The notes under the pieces are model-generated. The model saw only the letters and a program-made list of their open reading frames with translations. It made no database searches and had not been told where the DNA came from. Positions 17,350 to 27,203 of a stretch of DNA of 64,000 bases are shown piece by piece (the stretch's first letter is position 1; every line of letters begins with the position of its first letter). Position numbers and translations under genes: made by a program. The stretch covers positions 124,001-188,000 of IMG/VR virus record IMGVR_UViG_3300046092_000062; one strand, given 5' to 3'.

Positions 17350-20163
17350 GTGGCGTTAACAAGAAAAGTTAAGTCTGGACTAACACAGGCACCGTTTGAC
17401 ACCTACATCGGCGAGGCCGGACAGATTTTCTTTAGTAACGACACAGGTGAAATTCGTATCAGTGACGGTGTTACCCCAAACGGTAAGCCAGTATATGTTG
17501 CGGTTACTAGTGCTAACATTGGTAACTTGGTCATTACTGGTGCTAGTATCACTACTCTGGGGCTCAACGAAGATTTGGATTTAGTTGCTAGCGGAACAGG
17601 AAACGTAAGCGTATACGGTAGCTTTCATGTTCACACAGATGGATTGGGTAGTACCATTGCCTTTGATGTAGACCCTCAGGGCTTTACAACCATTAACGTA
17701 CCAACATTAACTCTAGGCGACAACGGTTTATTAATTAATGGCGGTAGCATGGTATCAACTGTTCCGCAAGTGGCAGGAACAACCCTACGACTAGTTGGTA
17801 ACGATGGCGTAACCAACACCTTTGCAATCGACTCCTTTGGAACTGGTACGTTCCCGGGAACTATTAACCGTGCAGGTCGTGGCACAAGTGCTACACCTAC
17901 AGCAACAAAAACAGGCGACACCATTGGACGTTGGGGTGCAGTTGGCTACGGCGACACAAACTTTGTAATTGACCAAGGAATCGGCCGAGCAGCAAGTGAT
18001 ATCCGCTTTGTTGCCACAGAAGATTTCACCGACACCAATGGCGGAACACAGATTCAGTTTTACACAAGTCCAAACGGTGGCACACAACGAACATTAAGTG
18101 TGACCATGGACTACACTGGTATTACTACTGGTAATATCCACAGTACTAACGTATTTGTAAGTGGCAACACAATTAGCCAAGGTACCACACAAGCAATTGG
18201 TAACTTTACCTCAAATGGGTCAACTACCTTAATCGGCGATGTGACTATTAATGGCAACGTTAACACCACTGGTGCCACTGCTAACTTTGGCCAAAGCAAT
18301 TTCACAGGTAATGTTAGCGTATTTGGTCCAATGTCTATTGACAACCAAGTTAGTATCACTGCCGCAGGTAATCTTAAATTCAGCGATAGCACTGTGCAGT
18401 CAACCGCAGCTATCCAGGCAATCAACAACAGCAACCACGTTACTGGTTCGTTTAATGCCATTGGTGCCACTAGATATTTGGTATTGCAAACAGATGGTAC
18501 ACCAAATAACACACCAAGCACTCTAGTAGCCCGAGATACTGCTGGGAATATCGCGGTTGGCAACGTTACTGCATCTACATTAAACACCACTAGCGTAACT
18601 GCTAACAGTAGCATTGCTGGTAGCTTGACTGTATACGGTAACTTGAACGTTGTTGGTACAACAGTAACAACCAACGCAGTAGTAACCACAGTTGATACAA
18701 AAACATTTACTATTGCTGCCAATGCAGTTAGTGCCATTGCAGCAGATGGCGCAGCATTTTTAGTGGCCAATATTGCTGGTGCTAGCGTTGCAGACTGGAC
18801 ATACGACAATGCTCAAGTGGCCTGGCGCAGTAATGTAAGCGTTATACCAGCAACTTCATTAAACGGACAAAACCTTGGTAGTACAACACGCGAATGGAAT
18901 CACTTATATGCTGGTGAAGCATACCTTAGTCAGAAACTAAATGTTGGTGTTGTTCCATTAGTTGAGTACCTTAACGTTGCACAGTTTACAGCAAACGTTC
19001 CACAATACAGCCAAGTCTACAATCAAAATTTAAGCAGCAATGCAGGCGCAACCACTGACTTTGTTGCAGCCAACGACATCGGTGGCGAGACCAATAATTA
19101 CATTGACATTGGTATCAATTCCAGTAACTATAGCGAGCCAGCGTACAGCATTCAGTATGCCAATGACGGGTATGTGTTTATAAACGGCGGTAACTTAACT
19201 GTTGGTACTCAATCAACTGGTACCGACATTGTGTTCCACACTGATGGTACCACCGCAGACAAAGAAGCGGGTCGCGTACACTTAGGTCGTTGGATTATGA
19301 CTGGTGCCGTTGACGATGGCGTAACTAAATTCCAAATTGGTGATAACCTGCGAGTAGTTGGCAACGTTACTGCTGGCAACGTGAGTGCAACTAACTTAAC
19401 TAACCAATTTGCTACATTAACTGCAAACGCAGCCGCACAAGCAAATCAAATTACTGGGGCAAACGCAGCTATTGTAACTGCCAACACTGCAATGAAATCG
19501 TATGTTGATGCCGTAACAACTGCATGGACAGCTAACGCAGCTACGCAACAAGTATCTATTAACAGTTTAGTAACTAATGCCAATGCAAATACCGCCGCAT
19601 ATCTATCAAACGGTATTAGTTCTAACATTGTCACCACAGCTAACGTAAGTGCAGGTAACCTTCGAGTTGGAACTACAACCTATGGTAACAATACCATTTA
19701 TAGTTCGGCAACAGCAACCGACATTACAATCGGTCAACTTGGGGCCACTGCCAATTTGGTGCTCAACCGAACTACTACAATCAACAAAGATGCGTACATC
19801 GCTGGAAACGTTTCAACAGTTGGATATGTGTCTGCACAAACCTATCGTGGAAATACTCGCAACGTTGGCACATTGGGCGCGGGTGGTACATTGACTATCG
19901 ACTATGCGACAGATCAATATGTATTTGTTAACATTACTGGTGCTATAACTATTGCTCATACCAATATTATTGCAGGTCGTAATGTTAAAGTTGTGGTGGT
20001 TAACGCAACTGGCACAAACTATGCTGTAAATACCGGGGTAGCAGATATTAATACCACTGGCAACAACGCTGGCGCTAACTTAAACTCAACCCGAATGGGT
20101 GTTTATGAGTTTATTAGTTTTGGTACAACTACAACTACCTTGTACGCTAGTGTCAACAAATAA
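17350..20163 (+). CDS. tail fibre-like structural protein
   Basis: 937 aa rich in G/T/N/A; ISDGVTPNG N-terminus; GNVTAGN repeats; coiled segment. Confidence 0.75.
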   Translation: MALTRKVKSGLTQAPFDTYIGEAGQIFFSNDTGEIRISDGVTPNGKPVYVAVTSANIGNLVITGASITTLGLNEDLDLVASGTGNVSVYGSFHVHTDGLGSTIAFDVDPQGFTTINVPTLTLGDNGLLINGGSMVSTVPQVAGTTLRLVGNDGVTNTFAIDSFGTGTFPGTINRAGRGTSATPTATKTGDTIGRWGAVGYGDTNFVIDQGIGRAASDIRFVATEDFTDTNGGTQIQFYTSPNGGTQRTLSVTMDYTGITTGNIHSTNVFVSGNTISQGTTQAIGNFTSNGSTTLIGDVTINGNVNTTGATANFGQSNFTGNVSVFGPMSIDNQVSITAAGNLKFSDSTVQSTAAIQAINNSNHVTGSFNAIGATRYLVLQTDGTPNNTPSTLVARDTAGNIAVGNVTASTLNTTSVTANSSIAGSLTVYGNLNVVGTTVTTNAVVTTVDTKTFTIAANAVSAIAADGAAFLVANIAGASVADWTYDNAQVAWRSNVSVIPATSLNGQNLGSTTREWNHLYAGEAYLSQKLNVGVVPLVEYLNVAQFTANVPQYSQVYNQNLSSNAGATTDFVAANDIGGETNNYIDIGINSSNYSEPAYSIQYANDGYVFINGGNLTVGTQSTGTDIVFHTDGTTADKEAGRVHLGRWIMTGAVDDGVTKFQIGDNLRVVGNVTAGNVSATNLTNQFATLTANAAAQANQITGANAAIVTANTAMKSYVDAVTTAWTANAATQQVSINSLVTNANANTAAYLSNGISSNIVTTANVSAGNLRVGTTTYGNNTIYSSATATDITIGQLGATANLVLNRTTTINKDAYIAGNVSTVGYVSAQTYRGNTRNVGTLGAGGTLTIDYATDQYVFVNITGAITIAHTNIIAGRNVKVVVVNATGTNYAVNTGVADINTTGNNAGANLNSTRMGVYEFISFGTTTTTLYASVNK

Positions 20164-20232
20164 TCACCAAAGTCTTTGACTTCATCAACATCATAACGTA
20201 TAGTGTAGGACTAAACCCTATAAATATACGTT

Positions 20233-21858
20233 ATGATATTCGGATACTTCACACTCTTAGTTGCACTAGTTATTAGTGCCGTTGCAGAATACTACTCAAT
20301 CGTAGGTCTTACTGCCATCTTCTCCGCAGCCTTTTGGCCCATTGTTATCATGGGCGCAGTACTTGGCGTGGGCAAAATCACTGCCGCAGTTTGGCTCAAA
20401 CTCAATTGGGAACGTGCTAGTTGGACCTACAAGTTATACCTTGTGCCAGCTGTGGCGTTCCTAATGGTACTAACTAGTATGGGCATCTTTGGATTCCTAT
20501 CAAAAGCACACAGTGACCAAAGTCTAGTAAGCGGGGACAGCCAAGCAAAAGTTGCTATTTACGACGAGAAGATTAAAACAGCCAAGGACAATATTGATGC
20601 TAACCGCAAAGTACTTAAACAAATGGATGAGGCTGTGGACCAGAGTATGGCACGCTCAACTGATGAAAAGGGTGCCGACAAAGCCGTTGCAATACGCAGG
20701 GGCCAGCTCAAAGAGCGCCAACGCTTACAGTCCGAAATCGCAGCCGAACAGAAAACAATTAATCAACTTTCTGAAGAACGGGCACCGCTAGCAGCAGAGT
20801 TCCGTAAAGTAGAAAGCGAAGTTGGCCCAATCAAATACATTGCAGCACTAATCTACGGAGACAATCCAGACGCCAACATCTTAGAAAAGGCCGTGCGCCT
20901 AGTTATTATGATGATCGTTGCGGTGTTTGATCCATTAGCCCTTGTGTTAATTTTAGCGGCGCAGCAAAGCCTTAAGTGGGCACGTGGGGAGGAACACACA
21001 CCTGTCGAGGTGAACAAACATACGCAGACTGTTGTTGAGGATAACGCAGTCGGGGAACCACACGAACCCACACCCACTGTAGAAGAACAGTCCGTAGTAG
21101 ACGATTGCGCGGTAGTCGATGCTGAGCACACAGCTCAGAGTGTCTCTACTGAGTCTACCCCTACAGTGGAAGTGGATTTGTTTGCGTATCTAAAGAAACC
21201 CTTTGTGCATTTTTCAAACTTGCCACCAATGGTGTATAAACGAGAAGTTGTTGTAGATGAAGAAGACAACATCCGTCCATTAACCGAGGAGGAAGTAATG
21301 GCGCCGGCTTACGAAGAAGATGATGGCCCGTTAAGTGAAGAACAGGTGGCACAACTTATCAAGTCCGTGGAGGCTTTTAAGCCGGTAACTGAGCCCGCTG
21401 AACCAAAGATCCTGGCAATGGGCATTGACGAAGTTGAACGTCCAGGTGACTACATTACTCCCCCTGAGTACACTGGTCCAATGAAAGAAGTAGTCGAAGA
21501 ACACATTGACCCAAATACTCGTATCAAGACTCTTAGTCATTCATGGGTGCCAGACCTAGATGCACACGCAGACAATATTGATCGCGCTAAAGCAGCCAAC
21601 GCAGACTTTGGAACTAAGTTTCCAGAATCTGCAACCAAAGGTGACATGTATCTGCGTGTAGACTTCTTGCCAGCTAGACTGTTTAAGTTCAATGGCGTTA
21701 AATGGATTGAAGTTGACAAAGCAGCAACTGATAGCTACACTTACAATGAAGAATACATCAAGTACCTAATTGACAAAATCAACAGTGGCGAATACGATGT
21801 TGAAACACTAAGCGAGAGCGAACAAGAGCAGATTCGCGAATATCTAAAGAACAAATGA
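20233..21858 (+). CDS. multi-TM membrane protein with periplasmic coiled coil and acidic tail
   Basis: 3 N-terminal TMs, coiled coil, VFDPLA TM; TATAAATA at 20219. Confidence 0.7.
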   Translation: MIFGYFTLLVALVISAVAEYYSIVGLTAIFSAAFWPIVIMGAVLGVGKITAAVWLKLNWERASWTYKLYLVPAVAFLMVLTSMGIFGFLSKAHSDQSLVSGDSQAKVAIYDEKIKTAKDNIDANRKVLKQMDEAVDQSMARSTDEKGADKAVAIRRGQLKERQRLQSEIAAEQKTINQLSEERAPLAAEFRKVESEVGPIKYIAALIYGDNPDANILEKAVRLVIMMIVAVFDPLALVLILAAQQSLKWARGEEHTPVEVNKHTQTVVEDNAVGEPHEPTPTVEEQSVVDDCAVVDAEHTAQSVSTESTPTVEVDLFAYLKKPFVHFSNLPPMVYKREVVVDEEDNIRPLTEEEVMAPAYEEDDGPLSEEQVAQLIKSVEAFKPVTEPAEPKILAMGIDEVERPGDYITPPEYTGPMKEVVEEHIDPNTRIKTLSHSWVPDLDAHADNIDRAKAANADFGTKFPESATKGDMYLRVDFLPARLFKFNGVKWIEVDKAATDSYTYNEEYIKYLIDKINSGEYDVETLSESEQEQIREYLKNK

Positions 21859-22235
21859 CAACTAACTTTATTACCCCGCCGGATTTTGTAGAAGATCCAA
21901 ATCATTCAGTATTGTTAATTGACGTTGATCCAGTTGACGTTGAAACATTGGCATTTTTATGTGCAGGGCATAACGAAGCATTTAACGTGTACCTTTACAG
22001 TGCAGAATTAGATGACGTTAATTGGCTTACTAAGGCAGCAGGGCAAGTAGATGCAATCGTAGTAAACACCGCAGCCACTGATCTAAGTCCAATCAAAGAC
22101 CTATTTGTTGGGTCAGAAAAAACATATCATTACGGGCCAAAGAACTTTATCAATAATGATCGTAAATACACTAACGTATTAGAATATTTTATCAAAAGAG
22201 CCCATGAGCGAAACCATTCAACCGATCCACTGTAA
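21855..22235 (+). CDS. hypothetical protein
   Basis: ATGA overlap; FITPPD. Confidence 0.65.
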   Translation: MTTNFITPPDFVEDPNHSVLLIDVDPVDVETLAFLCAGHNEAFNVYLYSAELDDVNWLTKAAGQVDAIVVNTAATDLSPIKDLFVGSEKTYHYGPKNFINNDRKYTNVLEYFIKRAHERNHSTDPL

Positions 22236-23406
22236 CTTCTGTGGTAAAAGCCGCAACGAAGTTGAAAAGTTAATTGTAGCCAATGACGCGGGCATTTGTA
22301 ATGAATGTATCACGCTTTGTAGCAACATCATTAACAAAGAAGCCAACGATCATATTCGCAAGGATAAGAAAATTGGCAAGGCACTTGATCCAATTAAAAT
22401 CAAACAGCACTTAGACGAATACATTATCGGCCAAGACGCTGCAAAGATTGCAATTAGTGTGGGAGTGGTTAATCACTACAAACGCATCTTCTTTGAAAGC
22501 TCAGTGGAACTAGAAAAGTCGAACATTCTAATTCACGGCCCAACCGGCTCAGGTAAAACACTGCTGGCCAAAACAATCGCACGTTATCTAAACGTGCCCT
22601 TTGTTGTAGCAGATGCCACTACACTAACCGAAGCAGGATACGTAGGGGATGATGTTGAAAGTATTATCTCAGGCTTGCTAGCAGCAGCAGAATACGATGT
22701 TGCTCGTTGTGAGCAAGGTATTATCTTCCTAGATGAAGTGGACAAGATTGCACGTAAAAGTGAATCAGCTAGTCTAACCCGCGACGTAAGCGGTGAAGGT
22801 GTACAGCAAGCTCTACTCAAGCTAGTAGAAGGTACCAAGTGCAAGGTCAGCGTAAATGGTGGTAAGAAGCATCCAGCAATGGATCAAGTGGAAATTGATA
22901 CTAGCAAGATCTTGTTTATTGCTGGAGGCGCATTTGCTGGACTACCTAAGATTGTTGACCGTAGACAGCGTGGAACCAGTATTGGATTCAACTCGGCTAA
23001 CGAAGATCAAATCGACGTTACAGAAGTGACCCCAGACGATTTCCAAAAGTTCGGAATGATCCCTGAGTTCACAGGACGTTTCCCAATCTCTGTACAAATT
23101 GACGAACTAAGCAAGGATGACTTTGTTAAGATTCTAACTGAACCCAAGAACAACTTGCTTGCACAGATGAAGTTTTACTTCTCCTCAGACGAAGTGGAAT
23201 TAATGTTTACACTGGAAGCCATTGAAGCAGTGGCTGACTTGGCAGTGCAGCAAAAGGTTGGAGCTCGTGGACTAAAGAGTATTTTAGAGCGTACTCTTAC
23301 ACCATATATGTACACCCTAACTGAAATTAAAAAGCAGGGTTTTAAAAAGATAGAGATTACTGACAAAGTGGTTAAATATAACGACCCACCTAATTTTATA
23401 GAATAG
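22204..23406 (+). CDS. clpX: ATP-dependent Clp protease ATPase ClpX
   Basis: C4 Zn finger, [12 protein letters not shown] pore loop, DEVDK, IGF loop, GARGL. Confidence 0.97.
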   Translation: MSETIQPIHCNFCGKSRNEVEKLIVANDAGICNECITLCSNIINKEANDHIRKDKKIGKALDPIKIKQHLDEYIIGQDAAKIAISVGVVNHYKRIFFESSVELEKSNILIHGPTGSGKTLLAKTIARYLNVPFVVADATTLTEAGYVGDDVESIISGLLAAAEYDVARCEQGIIFLDEVDKIARKSESASLTRDVSGEGVQQALLKLVEGTKCKVSVNGGKKHPAMDQVEIDTSKILFIAGGAFAGLPKIVDRRQRGTSIGFNSANEDQIDVTEVTPDDFQKFGMIPEFTGRFPISVQIDELSKDDFVKILTEPKNNLLAQMKFYFSSDEVELMFTLEAIEAVADLAVQQKVGARGLKSILERTLTPYMYTLTEIKKQGFKKIEITDKVVKYNDPPNFIE

Positions 23407-23413
23407 GATAAAA

Positions 23414-23647
23414 ATGAACGAAAGAATGAAACTTTATGGCAGCAGCGTAGTTGTGCAGAACGACAACGTTGAAAAAGCCTTACGCAAATTTAAAAAGAAA
23501 ATCATGGAGAGCGGCAAGTTGCAAGAACTTCGCGAACGTGAGTTTTACGAAAAGCCAACTACCAAGCGTAAGAAAGCAGCGGCACAAGCCAAGCGCCGCT
23601 GGCAAAAGAAACTGCAAGCAGAGAGCTTGCCAAAGAAACTGTACTGA
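23414..23647 (+). CDS. rpsU: 30S ribosomal protein S21 (bS21)
   Basis: VEKALRKFKKK...REFYEKPTTKRK. Confidence 0.92.
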   Translation: MNERMKLYGSSVVVQNDNVEKALRKFKKKIMESGKLQELREREFYEKPTTKRKKAAAQAKRRWQKKLQAESLPKKLY

Positions 23648-23943
23648 TGCAAGTTAGGTTTCGATTACCCGCCGACGAAACCATTTTTCCAGGAAACCCT
23701 GTGGGTATTAACCAAACTGCAATATCCTTTATTCGAACGGATATGCAGCGTTGGGGCGATCGTTATCAGCAGCAATACACTCTCAAAAACGACGGACGAT
23801 ACTTGTACCTCACACTAGAGGATCCAACAAGTATCAGCTTTTTCCTACTAACCTACAAACCACAATACCACAGCAGCAGCAGAAAACGTATTGAAGTTGT
23901 AGATGCCCAAAATAATTTGATCACAGACTTTTTGTCTGTATAA
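23647..23943 (+). CDS. hypothetical protein
   Basis: TGATG overlap. Confidence 0.6.
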   Translation: MQVRFRLPADETIFPGNPVGINQTAISFIRTDMQRWGDRYQQQYTLKNDGRYLYLTLEDPTSISFFLLTYKPQYHSSSRKRIEVVDAQNNLITDFLSV

Positions 23944-23951
23944 TAAATAAA

Positions 23952-24016
23952 CATGTAGTGCCGATAATCGGGCTACATTTTAAACGTCATAACTTGCTTA
24001 ATAGGAGAATAACATG
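23952..24016 (+). promoter_or_regulatory. ROSE-like RNA thermometer 5' UTR
   Basis: 5' hairpin ATGTAG..CTACAT plus CTTGCT (23993-98) able to pair with SD AGGAG (24003-07), upstream of Hsp20. Confidence 0.6.
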
Positions 24017-24463
24017 ACACAATTCAACATCCGTACTCTAGACCTACCTTCCCTACATCGTTCAGCCATTGGCTTTGACCGCATGTTTGAGGAATTGAAT
24101 CGCACATTTGCAAACAGCAAAAGCGGCAACTACCCTCCACACAATATCGTTCAAGTTAACGACACCAATTTTGTGGTTGAAGTTGCAGTTGCTGGCTTTG
24201 CAGAAAGCGAAATTGGGGTAGAACTAGCAGACAATGTTCTTACTGTAACTGGCGAAAAGGTTAAGGATCTTACTACACCAAGTGATCCGAAATATCTACA
24301 CCAAGGTATCAGTAACCGCAATTTCGTTCGTGACTTTACGTTAGCAGACAACGTAGAGGTTCGTGGCGCTACTGTGGAAAACGGTATCCTTTCTGTTCAA
24401 CTGGAACTGGTTGTTCCGGAAGAAAAGAAACCAAAATCCATTGCTATTACTTTCAAAAAGTAA
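24014..24463 (+). CDS. ibpA: small heat-shock protein Hsp20 (IbpA-like)
   Basis: IGFDRMF, YPPHNI, AVAGF, GISNRNF, NGIL, IAI tail. Confidence 0.95.
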   Translation: MTQFNIRTLDLPSLHRSAIGFDRMFEELNRTFANSKSGNYPPHNIVQVNDTNFVVEVAVAGFAESEIGVELADNVLTVTGEKVKDLTTPSDPKYLHQGISNRNFVRDFTLADNVEVRGATVENGILSVQLELVVPEEKKPKSIAITFKK

Positions 24464-24476
24464 TATAATGTGATAT

Positions 24477-24502
24477 ACGTAGGGCAATGACGCCCTACGT
24501 TT
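24477..24502 (+). terminator. hairpin/terminator after hsp20
   Basis: ACGTAGGGC-loop-GCCCTACGT. Confidence 0.55.
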
Positions 24503-24516
24503 AACTTAATTCAATT

Positions 24517-24828
24517 ATGGCAAATACCAAAACTCGTCAACAAATTAAAATCCAACCACGTTTCGATGTTAAGCCACCAAGTTTGTACAAGGTGATTTAC
24601 GTTAACGACAATACCACTACTATGGAATTTGTTGTTGAGACGCTGAAGGCTGTTTTCAATCACGACAATGACAGTTCTGAGCAATTGACTATGCGAATCC
24701 ACGAAGAAGGTTCGGCAGTGGTTGCAACTCTCCCTTACGAAATTGCAGAGCAAAAAGGTGTTGAAGTCACACTGCTTGCACGTAACAACGGATTCCCACT
24801 TCAAGTCAAACTCGAAGCTGATCAATGA
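24517..24828 (+). CDS. clpS: N-end rule adaptor ClpS
   Basis: YKVIYVNDNTTTMEFVV, IHEEG, EIAEQK, FPL. Confidence 0.93.
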   Translation: MANTKTRQQIKIQPRFDVKPPSLYKVIYVNDNTTTMEFVVETLKAVFNHDNDSSEQLTMRIHEEGSAVVATLPYEIAEQKGVEVTLLARNNGFPLQVKLEADQ

Positions 24829-25085
24829 TCAAACCCAAAGAGTTCAAGACTAGAGAGGAAGCTCGTGCGTTTCTAAAACGTTGCGGCTTGCTTAAAACTA
24901 CTCGAATTCTAGAAGGCGAAGAGCGTGAGCAAGTATTCACTATGCTTGCGTTACTTCCGCCACCTGAGTCCAGTAACAGCCAACGCTTCTGGACTGACGA
25001 GTGGATAGTAGGCGACAAAACATACCAACACACCACTGGTGAAGGTATAGATGAATTATCAGAAACCACTGACGAAGATGAATGA
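24825..25085 (+). CDS. hypothetical protein
   Basis: ATGA overlap. Confidence 0.6.
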   Translation: MIKPKEFKTREEARAFLKRCGLLKTTRILEGEEREQVFTMLALLPPPESSNSQRFWTDEWIVGDKTYQHTTGEGIDELSETTDEDE

Positions 25086-25284
25086 ACAAGAAAACACATT
25101 CCGAGTACTAAAGGGCGACGATCCATTGGTAACCAGTCGTTGGTGCAGCTTTGGGTTCCATAAATGGACTAAATGGGATAATACCAATGAGGTGCGCACG
25201 TATAGAGGCAACTACATTGTGCAGGTTAAGAAGTGTGCTCATTGCGGGGACTTCAAACAGAGAAAGAAAAATTTAATAGCATGA
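25078..25284 (+). CDS. small Cys/His protein (DUF1660-like)
   Basis: CSFGFHKW...CAHCG. Confidence 0.55.
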   Translation: MNEQENTFRVLKGDDPLVTSRWCSFGFHKWTKWDNTNEVRTYRGNYIVQVKKCAHCGDFKQRKKNLIA

Positions 25285-25748
25285 TTTTCAATAAGATCAA
25301 ACAGCTTAAAGATGAAGGTAAAGTCATTGGCATTACCTTCAGTCAATTTGACTTGCTACATGCAGGACACATTGCCATGCTAGCAGAAGCTAAGAACCAC
25401 TGTGATTACTTGATTGCGGGCCTGCAAACTGATGCCACAATCGATCGCCCTGATACCAAAAACAAGCCTATCCAAAGTGTAGTGGAACGACAAATCCAAC
25501 TGAGTGCATGTCGCTTTGTTGATGAAATTGTCGTGTACCAAACTGAACAAGACCTACGTGACTTGATTCTTATCTTGCCCATTGATGTGCGCATCTTGGG
25601 CGTAGAATACGAAAGCCAAGACTTTACAGGTCGTGCAGAAGGTTCGCACATTGGTATCCAGCATATCTTCAACAGCAGAGATCACAGTTTCTCTAGCAGC
25701 AGTTTGCGCAAACGTGTAGCAGACGCCGAAACTAAAAAGACAAAATAA
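25281..25748 (+). CDS. cytidylyltransferase-like protein (TagD family)
   Basis: FDLLHAGH (HxGH), FSSSSLR. Confidence 0.88.
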   Translation: MIFNKIKQLKDEGKVIGITFSQFDLLHAGHIAMLAEAKNHCDYLIAGLQTDATIDRPDTKNKPIQSVVERQIQLSACRFVDEIVVYQTEQDLRDLILILPIDVRILGVEYESQDFTGRAEGSHIGIQHIFNSRDHSFSSSSLRKRVADAETKKTK

Positions 25749-26639
25749 ATGAAATTAATTCTAGCCTCAATGGTGTTGTTTGCAAGTTCTGTGTTTGCAC
25801 AACCAGTTAAAATAGTCGTACAGTACCAAGCCGGTGGGGTCACTGACCGTGTGGCTAGAACTGTCCAAACAGCCTTAGAAGATAACGGCATCGCCACAGT
25901 TGTGGAATACAGGTTAGGTGGCGGTGGATTCATTGCCTATAACTATCTTGCAAAATATCAAGGCAACGAAACAGTTATTATGGCCGCAAGTAACGGGCTA
26001 ACAGATGGCATTGGTACTGCAACACAAATTGATTATGAGCTTAACGACTTTGTTGTAGTAAAGCATCTAGGTACTGTGCCTTCAATGTTGGTAGTTAATA
26101 CTTCGCACCCTGCTAAAACGTTTAAGCAACTGGTTGATATTGCGCAAACTCGACAGGTTACTTATGGTCATAGCGGAGTAGGGTCTGGCACCCACGTTGC
26201 AGGCGCTATTGTTGGTAATCGCCGGGGTAATTTTGTTGGAATTCCCTACAAGGGCCAATCCCAGGCAATTGTGGATGTGCTAGGTGGCCAAATTGATTAC
26301 ATCATGGAAGCCGACACTGTACTTGACCAGCACATTAAAGCAGGCAAAGTACGACCGCTTGTGGTTATGTCAGCCGAACGACTGCCTTCGTATCCTGATG
26401 TGCCAACACTTCGTGAATTGAGAGTTAGTGATCTTGGGTACACTCGATGGTCTATATTGGTTGCAAATAAAAACGCCAACCCAGAACTGTTGCAGAAGAT
26501 CAGAAAGATCATTGACCAACCAGAAACAATGGCCAAATTAGCAGAGCTAGGGCAACGGCCAGCAAAAACAGTACCGCACCAGTTAGAAGTTCTAGCAACT
26601 CAGTTCCAGAAAATTCGCCAACAAGTTAATCTCGATTGA
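25749..26639 (+). CDS. Bug/TctC tripartite tricarboxylate transporter substrate-binding protein
   Basis: Signal peptide, AGGVTD..AR, GSGTH, PYKG, DVLGGQID, PDVPTL.E. Confidence 0.9.
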   Translation: MKLILASMVLFASSVFAQPVKIVVQYQAGGVTDRVARTVQTALEDNGIATVVEYRLGGGGFIAYNYLAKYQGNETVIMAASNGLTDGIGTATQIDYELNDFVVVKHLGTVPSMLVVNTSHPAKTFKQLVDIAQTRQVTYGHSGVGSGTHVAGAIVGNRRGNFVGIPYKGQSQAIVDVLGGQIDYIMEADTVLDQHIKAGKVRPLVVMSAERLPSYPDVPTLRELRVSDLGYTRWSILVANKNANPELLQKIRKIIDQPETMAKLAELGQRPAKTVPHQLEVLATQFQKIRQQVNLD

Positions 26640-26669
26640 CATTCTCAACTTAACCGCATATAATAACTC

Positions 26670-27203
26670 ATGGATGTAATGCTCGATTTAGAAACGCTAG
26701 GAACTCGCCCAGGGTGTGTAATTCTCACCCTAGGTGCAGTTAAGTTCAACCCATACACAATGGAAGACCCGGGACCTGGTTTGTATATACGACCGGATGC
26801 CGACGAGCAAATAGCGAGAGGACGCACTGTCCAAGAAGACACCCTGCAATGGTGGATGCGGCAAGCCGAGGATGTGCGTGAAGAAGCATTGGGCACAGAA
26901 GGTCGTATCCCAGTAGAGGATATGTATCGGCAGCTCAACAAGTTCTTAGTGGGAGTAGAGAACATTTGGTGCCAGGGCCCTGTGTTTGATATTGCTATTC
27001 TTGAAAACTTGTATGAGCAATATGGCTGGCCTACCCCATGGCAATTCTGGCAAATCGCAGACTCGCGCACACTGTTCAAAGTACACGGCGACCCACGAGT
27101 TAAAGGCAAAGTCGGCCTACACAATGCGCTAGAAGATTGTGTGAGTCAAGCAAACGCAGTGCAGCAAGTGTTCTGCAAGCTGGGTTTAGAAAAACGAAGA
27201 TGA
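26670..27203 (+). CDS. DEDDh 3'-5' exonuclease (Rv2179c-like)
   Basis: DLETL, FD, DSRT, HNALED; promoter 26636-26664. Confidence 0.88.
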   Translation: MDVMLDLETLGTRPGCVILTLGAVKFNPYTMEDPGPGLYIRPDADEQIARGRTVQEDTLQWWMRQAEDVREEALGTEGRIPVEDMYRQLNKFLVGVENIWCQGPVFDIAILENLYEQYGWPTPWQFWQIADSRTLFKVHGDPRVKGKVGLHNALEDCVSQANAVQQVFCKLGLEKRR

